31,524 nucleotides of DNA. Origin: a virus. Its lineage: Duplodnaviria; Caudoviricetes. Made by a program: the position numbers and the translations under genes. A model generated the notes under the pieces. The model was given only the letters and a program-made list of their open reading frames with translations, did no database searches and was not told the DNA's origin. The stretch spans positions 1 to 31,524 of IMG/VR virus record IMGVR_UViG_3300031788_000074; one strand, written 5' to 3'. This document shows, piece by piece, positions 24,427-31,524 of the stretch. Position 1 is the stretch's first letter, and every line of letters begins with the position of its first letter.

Positions 24427-25399
24427 GCGAATAGGATTCATTGCCCGGTGCGATGATACCGGACTCGGCGTCGAGTCTATGGAGTTCGTTGAGCATGTGA
24501 AGCCGGACAAGATCATGACGCTCATGATCGGATACAAGAAGCAGCACCCCGAGCGATTCCCTGGCTCGACCGTGATCAGGGGCGTACCGAGCGAGCATGA
24601 GATCCGCACATGGCTCGAAGGACTCGACGTGGTGTTCGCAATCGAGACTGGCTATCATCCGTTCTTCTTCTCGATATGCCACCGCGCCGGCGTGAAAACG
24701 ATCCTGCGCGTGAATTACGAATACCTCGACGTATGCACCGGCATCAATCGCCCCGATCTCTTCCTGCTGCCGACGCCATGGCATGAAGCTGACGTACCGA
24801 ATCCCAAAAAGGTGCTACCGTTCCCCATCAATACCGATCGCGTGAAAGCGCGGGAGATCAAAACGGCGCAGACGTTCGTCCACATCGCAGGCCACCGCGG
24901 GTATATGGACCGGAACGGAACGGAACTATTCCTCCGCGTGATTCCCTTGGTGAAAAGCCCGGCGAAGTTCATCATCTACGACCAAGCGGGCGGCCTGAAG
25001 ACAAAAGACAAACGCGCCGAGATCAGGGGAGAAGCGAAGCACTACTGGGATATGTATGCCGACGGCGACGTTCTCGTGATCCCTCGAAAGCATTCCGGGC
25101 AATGCCTCCCCATGAGGGAAGCAATGGCGGCAGGTATGCCGACATTGATGCCCGATATGGACCCGCAAAACAAGATCCTCGAGCCGGAGTGGCTCATCCC
25201 GATCCGCCGCGAGCTATCGGTGGATATCAAGAAGCGAATCGAGTATGCGGATATCGATCCGGCAAAGGTCGCACAAAAAATAGACGAATGGTATAATAAA
25301 AATATATGGCAGACTTCCTCAAAGTTGATAAAGAAGGCACAGTCCGAAAATTGGACGGCACTCCTACCGGAGTATCTCAAGCTCCTGCAAAATCTGTAG
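24404..25399 (+). CDS. GT-B (GT4-like) glycosyltransferase
   Basis: IGFIARCDDTGLG, FVHIAG and DVLVIPRKHSGQCLPMREAMAAGMP. Confidence 0.88.
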   Translation: MERAKTNKRIGFIARCDDTGLGVESMEFVEHVKPDKIMTLMIGYKKQHPERFPGSTVIRGVPSEHEIRTWLEGLDVVFAIETGYHPFFFSICHRAGVKTILRVNYEYLDVCTGINRPDLFLLPTPWHEADVPNPKKVLPFPINTDRVKAREIKTAQTFVHIAGHRGYMDRNGTELFLRVIPLVKSPAKFIIYDQAGGLKTKDKRAEIRGEAKHYWDMYADGDVLVIPRKHSGQCLPMREAMAAGMPTLMPDMDPQNKILEPEWLIPIRRELSVDIKKRIEYADIDPAKVAQKIDEWYNKNIWQTSSKLIKKAQSENWTALLPEYLKLLQNL

Positions 25400-25701
25400 C
25401 ACAGAAAGAGCAGGACGCATTGAACGATCCGTGCCAAGCGCTTGTGGATAAGTACCAGATCCCGCAAGAGATCGTGGGCAAGGTTATGAGCCGCAAGGAT
25501 ACGATCGGCTCGATCATCCAAGCGAACCTCGACGGCCTCCAGCGCGACTACATCATGGAAAAGTATTACAGCAAGCAGCTGATCATCAGCACTGCGCAGT
25601 CGCAGGTGTGGCGCCAGCAGCTCGGGGTGATCCAACAGAGCATCAAAGGAAAGGTGGCGATCGTGGAGTACTTGACACCCCTCTACCGGGAGTTAGAATA
25701 A
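25306..25701 (+). CDS. Hypothetical protein
   Basis: 131 aa, overlapping the GT end by 94 nt. TGgTATAAT lies 8 nt upstream of the ATG. Confidence 0.6.
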   Translation: MADFLKVDKEGTVRKLDGTPTGVSQAPAKSVAQKEQDALNDPCQALVDKYQIPQEIVGKVMSRKDTIGSIIQANLDGLQRDYIMEKYYSKQLIISTAQSQVWRQQLGVIQQSIKGKVAIVEYLTPLYRELE

Positions 25702-25754
25702 ATCTATAGTTGCTGAAGCTACGGCGAGCAACCCCTGTCGGGGTTGCTTTTTTT
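25672..25754 (+). promoter_or_regulatory. Late promoter/leader motif/terminator unit 2 (tail operon)
   Basis: TTGACA-16-TAGAAT, 12 nt, GCTGAAGCTACGGCGAGC, hairpin AGCAACCCC/GGGGTTGCT, T run. Confidence 0.8.
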
Positions 25755-25767
25755 ATCCACCAAAACC

Positions 25768-26520
25768 ATGCAATGGAGCGATCCCACTAACCATCAAGGC
25801 ATCATCCAGCGAACATTCTTCAAGACGTTCGGAGATTCGCTCGACCATAGCGCCGATTGGGCGCTGACCGACGTCACCGCATCGGGAAATCTTGCCCTTG
25901 CAAAGATTGCCACCGCACTGTGGAAGGCTTCGGACATTTGGACGTGGGACGACACCAACCAGACCTCGCTTCCGGTCGCCACGACCAATCTCGTGAGCGG
26001 ACAGACCGACTATAGCCTCGGCTCGACGATCCTTCAGATCAAAGGCGTCTCGATCCTCGACATCAATGGCAATTGGGAACCCCTGAACCAGATCGATCCC
26101 CTCGAAATCGAACGCGAGACTGGTATGGACTTCGATTATTACAACAACATTCCGGGCCTGCCGGGCGAATACGCGCTGATCGGCAATTCTCTCTGGCTGA
26201 AGCCAGCCGCCGACAATGGGATATCCTGCACCATGACAAACGGACTCAAGGTATGGGTCGCAAGGTCGACAACGCAATTCGCCGTTCCTGCGAGCTATGG
26301 CACTGCCGATACCACCGTGCCAGGGTTCGATTCAAACTTTCACGATGCTCTCTGCCTGTTCATGGCCGATGATTATCTGAGCGCGAACGGACAGGAGGCG
26401 AAGGGCGCTGGCTATGTAGCACAAGCCAATGCGATCGTTCAAAGCCTCGCGCATGCGACCGGAACACGCGACAAAGATAAGCCGGACGTCGTCGGCATGC
26501 GTCCCGAGAGTATCGAATAA
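25768..26520 (+). CDS. Head-to-tail adaptor / tail tubular protein A-like
   Basis: LVSGQTDYSL, GLPGEYALIGNSLWLKP and PGFDSNFHDAL. First gene of the tail operon. Confidence 0.7.
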   Translation: MQWSDPTNHQGIIQRTFFKTFGDSLDHSADWALTDVTASGNLALAKIATALWKASDIWTWDDTNQTSLPVATTNLVSGQTDYSLGSTILQIKGVSILDINGNWEPLNQIDPLEIERETGMDFDYYNNIPGLPGEYALIGNSLWLKPAADNGISCTMTNGLKVWVARSTTQFAVPASYGTADTTVPGFDSNFHDALCLFMADDYLSANGQEAKGAGYVAQANAIVQSLAHATGTRDKDKPDVVGMRPESIE

Positions 26521-26537
26521 AAAATAACAATAAATCT

Positions 26538-27107
26538 ATGAAAAAAATCACACACTTCATTCTTCATCTGCCCTATGTAGGGCCTGCAATCGGTTTCTAT
26601 TTCGGAGTCAAGGGATATAACCGGATCAAAGCGAAGATCATCCGGCCAGTGGGACAGCATCTCACGATCCGCGATCTATTCCTGAACACCATGCCTTCAT
26701 TCAACTCGCGCGTGAATAAGGGCGCCGACCTCATCGGATCGCTTATCACCGGGACGAGCTTGAACAGCATCACGTCGCCTCTCCCGCCGAAGTACATCGC
26801 GCTCTCGCCGACCGTCCTGACGCCGGCGGCCGGTGATACCACGCTCTCCGGTGAAACAGCAAACTCCGGCCTCGCGCGAACTCTTGGAACGCAGGGAAGC
26901 TACACTGGCCCCAGCTCTCTCGACGGCGCGGCATCATACACGGTGAGCAATACCTTCACCTGCGGAGCAACCCCGACGAACATCAACTCGGCAGCTCTCT
27001 TGGATGCGGCATCGAGCGGCAACCTGTTCGTCGAAGCGAACCTTTCGAGCCAGGCTACCCTCACGAATGGCGTCCAACTTCAGATCGTATGGACGGTAAA
27101 CTACTAA
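26538..27107 (+). CDS. Virion structural protein (tail-fibre N-terminal-like)
   Basis: YIALS...AAGDTTLSGE, SGNLF and LQIVWTV. Confidence 0.65.
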   Translation: MKKITHFILHLPYVGPAIGFYFGVKGYNRIKAKIIRPVGQHLTIRDLFLNTMPSFNSRVNKGADLIGSLITGTSLNSITSPLPPKYIALSPTVLTPAAGDTTLSGETANSGLARTLGTQGSYTGPSSLDGAASYTVSNTFTCGATPTNINSAALLDAASSGNLFVEANLSSQATLTNGVQLQIVWTVNY

Positions 27108-27137
27108 GGTCGAAAAAATAAAACATTAAAAAATATC

Positions 27138-27638
27138 ATGCTTCTTCTTTACCAAAACGGCGCAATGCCAACAACCGCAGCCCCGGTGAAAGTAACGACC
27201 GGAACGGCGATCAAGACGATGCTTCAGCTGAAACTCAACTCGGGCGTCACCGGAAAAGTCGTAGAATGGGGTATCTCATTCGATGGATCGGCCGCCGCAA
27301 CCCCGATCGAGTGCGAGCTGGTCGAGACAGGGACGGTATTCGCCACCGTGACTGCTGCCGTGGCACAAGATATCACCCGCCTCAATCCACTCGAACAAGA
27401 TCCAACGACTGCCTATGTGTCAGTCGGAACGACCGCGACCGGATATACATCGACCGCAGAAGGTTCGATCACGGCAACGCGCGAGCTTGATTATCAGCTC
27501 GTCGCTCCGTCAAACCAGTACGTGAAGCAATTCCCGCTGGGACGTGAGCCTATGCTTAACGCCGCATCCGCGCTCCGCATCCGCGTGACCGCCGGCGCGG
27601 CAGTGAACGCTTACTGTTACGTCATCGTCGAAGTCTAG
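27138..27638 (+). CDS. Beta-rich virion structural protein
   Basis: Thr/Ala/Val-rich. EWGISFDG and QFPLGREP. Confidence 0.65.
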   Translation: MLLLYQNGAMPTTAAPVKVTTGTAIKTMLQLKLNSGVTGKVVEWGISFDGSAAATPIECELVETGTVFATVTAAVAQDITRLNPLEQDPTTAYVSVGTTATGYTSTAEGSITATRELDYQLVAPSNQYVKQFPLGREPMLNAASALRIRVTAGAAVNAYCYVIVEV

Positions 27639-27644
27639 CGATGG

Positions 27645-27671
27645 AAAATCCCCCCCGCAAAAGCGGGGGGA
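27645..27671. terminator. GC-rich hairpin CCCCCCGC-aaaa-GCGGGGGG (T tail only on - strand)
   Basis: Intergenic inverted repeat. Could be an antisense terminator or an mRNA stabiliser. Confidence 0.5.
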
Positions 27672-27698
27672 GTCGGATAAGAATAGAAAAATACCACT

Positions 27699-28418
27699 AT
27701 GGCAATCGCACTAGATAATTCAGGTCAGGGAAACAGCACATCGCAAGCCGCCGGTGTTGCTTTTACTTTTTCCTATACCGTCAATTCAAACGCGAACGGG
27801 ATTTTAGTGATCGCCATTCAGACTGGAGATAACGCTGGGTCAAACCATCAATCGCCATCGGCTGTTAGCTACGGTGGGCAGGCGCTCACAAATACCTCCG
27901 CAAGTTTTCTCGGAGCACAATGCTATATGTGGGTAGGGTATCTCCTCAATCCACCGACGGGATCGAATACGGTATCGGTGACGATCCCCAGCACCGGAAG
28001 CGGTTCGGGAGCGTCGCGCGAAATCGTATATTGCGGATCTTATACCGGAGTAAAACAAACCGGCGAGCCTGACAGCACAACAAACAGTAATGCAACTTCG
28101 GGAAGTACGTTTAGCACAAGTATCACCACTGCCGCAGACAACTCGTGGGCAATAGGACTATTTTTTAATAACCAAGGGCCAGCAATTTCAGCAAGCACGG
28201 GGACAACGTTGCGACAAAGTAGCACCGCCATTGGATCAGGAACACTTTTCGGAGATAGCAACGGCGTTATACATCCTGCCGGAAGTTATTCGATGAGTGT
28301 TACTGGCAACTCGGGATTTTGGGATGGAAGTCTTATATCAATCGCCCCAGCACCCTCTTCTCTTTCTATCCCGCCAATTAATATAAACCAGTCGGTGAAA
28401 CGATCTAATTACTTCTAA
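27699..28418 (+). CDS. Ser/Thr/Gly-rich beta-sandwich virion protein (possible adhesin/decoration)
   Basis: 239 aa with more AT-rich codons than its neighbours. Confidence 0.6.
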   Translation: MAIALDNSGQGNSTSQAAGVAFTFSYTVNSNANGILVIAIQTGDNAGSNHQSPSAVSYGGQALTNTSASFLGAQCYMWVGYLLNPPTGSNTVSVTIPSTGSGSGASREIVYCGSYTGVKQTGEPDSTTNSNATSGSTFSTSITTAADNSWAIGLFFNNQGPAISASTGTTLRQSSTAIGSGTLFGDSNGVIHPAGSYSMSVTGNSGFWDGSLISIAPAPSSLSIPPININQSVKRSNYF

Positions 28419-28420
28419 AA

Positions 28421-28870
28421 ATGGCACGTCACGGTAGAGCATTTCCTATCAAGGCGCACATCGGCAAAATGCCCTTCGTGCAAAATTATAGTTTCGCTCT
28501 CACCGTGACGATGATGAACGCCGCCTCGAGGCTCACGACGCTGTTCGGGCAGCAGATGCAGTTCTTTTTCAATCTCTCGGTCTCGATGATGAACAATGCG
28601 TCTCGCCTCGCGGTCCTTACGACCGGCAATATGAAAATCTTGGTGGTCAACATGATGAATGCCGCCAGCCGCTTCACTACACTGACGCCAAAAATCTTGG
28701 TCTATATCTTCAATTTGAGCGTGAACATGATGTACTCAGTAAACCGACTGACAAAATTCATCGTATCGATCCCCGGCCAATGGAACTTCCGCCCGAAAAA
28801 TATCACCACCTGGACATTCCGCCCGAAAGACAATCTTGGTCCGCAAAACATTCCATCCCAGCCAAACTAA
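28421..28870 (+). CDS. Repeat-containing virion protein (4 x LxVxMMNxASRL)
   Basis: Internal repeats, plus WNFRPKN/WTFRPKD at the C-terminus. Confidence 0.6.
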   Translation: MARHGRAFPIKAHIGKMPFVQNYSFALTVTMMNAASRLTTLFGQQMQFFFNLSVSMMNNASRLAVLTTGNMKILVVNMMNAASRFTTLTPKILVYIFNLSVNMMYSVNRLTKFIVSIPGQWNFRPKNITTWTFRPKDNLGPQNIPSQPN

Positions 28871-28871
28871 A

Positions 28872-29201
28872 ATGACCACCTCCACTATTCTTCAAGATAT
28901 GATGTTCGTGCTTGGGATTCTGGGCGTCATTTTTGGCATATACCAATACTTCAGGAATCCGCAGATCGCAGAGGATAAAAAAGCCGCACTGCTCGCGCAA
29001 GAGGTGAAGACACAGACGAACTCGGTAGATAGCCGATTCGAGGCGATGCAAGAGAATTTCAAAGGCCTTCTTCTCCAGAGTAACAATCACATTCATACCC
29101 TCGAGGTGAAGATCGACGAAATCAATAAAATCATAGGGGACGTTCGGGTGAACGTGGCGACGCTCTCGACCATCATCGACGAGAGGATTCCGAAAAAATA
29201 A
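28872..29201 (+). CDS. Single-TM coiled-coil membrane protein
   Basis: FVLGILGVIFGIYQYFRNPQ, then a heptad-like region ending LSTIIDERIPKK. Start ATG 28872. Confidence 0.7.
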   Translation: MTTSTILQDMMFVLGILGVIFGIYQYFRNPQIAEDKKAALLAQEVKTQTNSVDSRFEAMQENFKGLLLQSNNHIHTLEVKIDEINKIIGDVRVNVATLSTIIDERIPKK

Positions 29202-29202
29202 C

Positions 29203-31068
29203 ATGGCAAAAAAAGGAACGACAACCACAAAGGATCCAAAAAGCACAGGCACTGATAGCGAGAAAGTATACTCGCAATTCGCCGGTGGCCTTCAGCGCGA
29301 TGACAAGTCAGCGATCGCTGGCGGTGGATTGGCGATCGAGGAGCTTGATATCCTCGAAAACGCGAACTTCGTACGCCCGGCGCAGGTATTCTCCGCAGAT
29401 GCTACCGTGCCGGCAAACCAAGCATTCCATTCCTACTGCGAAGATCCTCTTTTGGGGACCGGCTATGCCGTCGGAGGCGATAACAATGGCAACACCTATG
29501 CGCAGGTTTTTTATAATACGGCGATTGGAACGCCAACGGCGAGCGGATGGACGTCGGTGGGATCAAACGCGCCTCTTGTGGCAAACCCCATCTCGGGATC
29601 AGCCGTGCATTATGAGATCGAAAGCGGCGCAACCACTCCTACGCTCGCGGTCTACTTCATCACCGGACAAAACGTGGTGACGCGCTATACGGCATCGGGA
29701 AACATTGCGACGACCGTATGGACGCTCTCGACACTCACCTCGAATATGGGGCATATCTCCTTCAGGGAGATCAATACGATCACCTATATCGCGGCAGGCA
29801 ATTATATTTCAACGATTGATCCGGGCAGCACATCGACCGGCCCGAACTTCAACGAGAAAGCCTTCGCGCTTCCTACCGGATACGTGGCCATCGACATCTG
29901 CCAGGCAGGGCAGTATTACTTCATTCTCGCGGAGACAAGCGACCTCATCTCGAACAAGTCGGTGATCTTCATCTGGGACGGCGTATCTCCTCAATATACC
30001 GATCAGATCCCGGTCCCTATGGGCGGACCCCAGTGGATATATAACTTCAAGCAGACGGTGACGATCTGCTGCACCGCTGGCGGCAAAATGAAGCTGTTCT
30101 ACCTGAATGCGCCGACCGTGGGCGCCCTCTGCAAGGCATATCCGAACATTCAGATCCAAAACGTCCAGCTTCCAAACCAGACGCTGTGGATAGGAGCGAC
30201 CGGAAACCACGGCGTCAACTGGGTGGTGCCGGTATCTCCCTCAAAGTCGGTATTCGTGAAAGACGACATCCTGTACTTTGCATTGTGGAAATTCGACAAG
30301 ACCGCGCTCTATGCGCTGGGCCAGCTCGACTCAAAGAGTCCGTTCGCGCTCTGGCTCGCAAAACGATTCAGCACCGCAGACTATAGCCAAATGGTACCCT
30401 TCGCGGCCTACTGCTTCGGACAGAAAATCTTCGCCGCATTCCAGACCGGCTATTTCACGCAGGGAACGAACGCGACGAATTGCGCGATCTGCGACCCGGC
30501 GATCGCCAACAGAAGCTCTCAAGCGATATTCACCAGCACGTGGGATGACGACGGCGAGCCAATGAACCCGAAAGACCTCATCCGGGCATATATGCAATCC
30601 TATCCGATCCCGCGCGGCTGTTCGCTCCAGCTCAACTTCGCATTCGATTATGGGACGACCTATACGACCATGGTGCAGGCCGGAAATAGCATCATGAATA
30701 CCCTCAACCAGGTATTCTCGATCATGCGCCCGACCGGCGCCCTCAACAAGAAGCTATTCCAGTGGCAGGTAGCATTCACATCGAGGCAATCCGTGGTGAC
30801 GACCCTGAACGGCACTATCACCTCCTCTGCGACGACCGTGGTCATCACCTCTGGGACTGGGTTTGTAAACGGCGACATCATCAGCATCGACCAAGAGCAG
30901 ATGACGATCGTATCGGGAGGTGGAACGACTACGCTCACCGTTACGCGCGGCACAAATGGCACGATACAATACCTTCATACGAGCGGTGTCAATGTGGTAG
31001 ATCTAAGCGTAGCCCCACAGCTCACCGCAGTCGGGATGAGAAAAATAATCAAAGCCCTCGATGCCTAA
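29203..31068 (+). CDS. Tail tubular B / nozzle-like beta-propeller protein with C-terminal beta domain
   Basis: 621 aa, beta-rich, SQFAGGL N-terminus and IFIWDG. Position follows the adaptor genes. Confidence 0.65.
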   Translation: MAKKGTTTTKDPKSTGTDSEKVYSQFAGGLQRDDKSAIAGGGLAIEELDILENANFVRPAQVFSADATVPANQAFHSYCEDPLLGTGYAVGGDNNGNTYAQVFYNTAIGTPTASGWTSVGSNAPLVANPISGSAVHYEIESGATTPTLAVYFITGQNVVTRYTASGNIATTVWTLSTLTSNMGHISFREINTITYIAAGNYISTIDPGSTSTGPNFNEKAFALPTGYVAIDICQAGQYYFILAETSDLISNKSVIFIWDGVSPQYTDQIPVPMGGPQWIYNFKQTVTICCTAGGKMKLFYLNAPTVGALCKAYPNIQIQNVQLPNQTLWIGATGNHGVNWVVPVSPSKSVFVKDDILYFALWKFDKTALYALGQLDSKSPFALWLAKRFSTADYSQMVPFAAYCFGQKIFAAFQTGYFTQGTNATNCAICDPAIANRSSQAIFTSTWDDDGEPMNPKDLIRAYMQSYPIPRGCSLQLNFAFDYGTTYTTMVQAGNSIMNTLNQVFSIMRPTGALNKKLFQWQVAFTSRQSVVTTLNGTITSSATTVVITSGTGFVNGDIISIDQEQMTIVSGGGTTTLTVTRGTNGTIQYLHTSGVNVVDLSVAPQLTAVGMRKIIKALDA

Positions 31069-31524
31069 CGAACTCGAAGACCTCCAAGAACAAATAGACT
31101 TCCTTTTTGCGCAGGTGAACAGCCTGAAGATCAACACGCTCCAATCAAATAGCGGGTATGGATCCGTGCCGATGTTCACAACGGGAGGTGCCGCTTGTGC
31201 AACGACCTTGAGCGCGGCGATAACCTCGATCACGCAGACTGCCATCACGGTGGCCGCAGCGATCAACATTTTGAACACGACCTATATGCTGATCGATGAC
31301 GAAATCGTCCAAGTGACCGCCGGAGGCACTACGACAAGCCTCACGATCCTTCGGGGCCAGTTCGGCACGGTCCCGGCACTCCATGCGAACGGCGCCGTCG
31401 TAGACAATTCGCTCAATCCTTTTACCTATCTTAATCCGCTGAACCACGTACCTCTAAAGATCGCCATGAACGCGAGCTTCGTGATCGGCACGACCACAAT
31501 CGGCATATCGAATGGCATCTATGA
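31061..31524 (+). CDS. Tail/virion protein (3' truncated; not in ORF track)
   Basis: MPNELEDLQEQIDFL...LIDDEIVQVTAGGTTTSLTILRGQFGT...H. Frame is open to the window end. Confidence 0.75.
   Translation, partial: MPNELEDLQEQIDFLFAQVNSLKINTLQSNSGYGSVPMFTTGGAACATTLSAAITSITQTAITVAAAINILNTTYMLIDDEIVQVTAGGTTTSLTILRGQFGTVPALHANGAVVDNSLNPFTYLNPLNHVPLKIAMNASFVIGTTTIGISNGIY

Noticed and set aside
1-31524. Stop-codon reassignment (code 25 or 15)
   Set aside because: Genes are full-length under code 11, and TGA, TAG and TAA all end genes at tight junctions such as ATGA overlaps.

Overview
This window is most of a tailed dsDNA phage genome with podovirus/P22-like gene order and almost all genes on the + strand. 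It opens with the end of a probable DNA-ejection protein, a PurD-like ATP-grasp ligase, an antisense HNH nuclease, an HExxE metalloprotein, a papain-like C1 peptidase and a holin-like gene (1-3952). A structured control region follows (~3955-4600). The early region carries Gp157-like, ERF, PD-(D/E)XK, wHTH, ParB-like, C5-methylase and RusA genes (4609-11955). Next come a ParB-fused amino-methylase split at a G10 tract, then terminase, portal, scaffold and capsid (12116-20727). GroES and a glycosyltransferase/FkbM cluster (21675-25399) precede the adaptor/tail genes, which run off the end. I recognise no integrase, repressor, polymerase, primase, helicase or initiator. A-rich, mostly SD-less leaders and DnaA-box-like sites suggest a host with little Shine-Dalgarno use, possibly Patescibacteria/CPR (inference only). 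The most unusual items are: (1) a C5 methyltransferase whose motif IX and four TRD-like modules lie in an overlapping frame, with a complete HNH gene nested in the same gene; (2) two copies of a promoter/18-nt motif/terminator leader gating the head and tail operons; (3) a boxA-like/SD/anti-16S-3'-end cassette; (4) a phased DnaA-box-like array with an AT-rich tract in a phage with no visible initiator; (5) a G10 switch in the second methylase. All product calls come from motif recognition by eye; no database searches were run.
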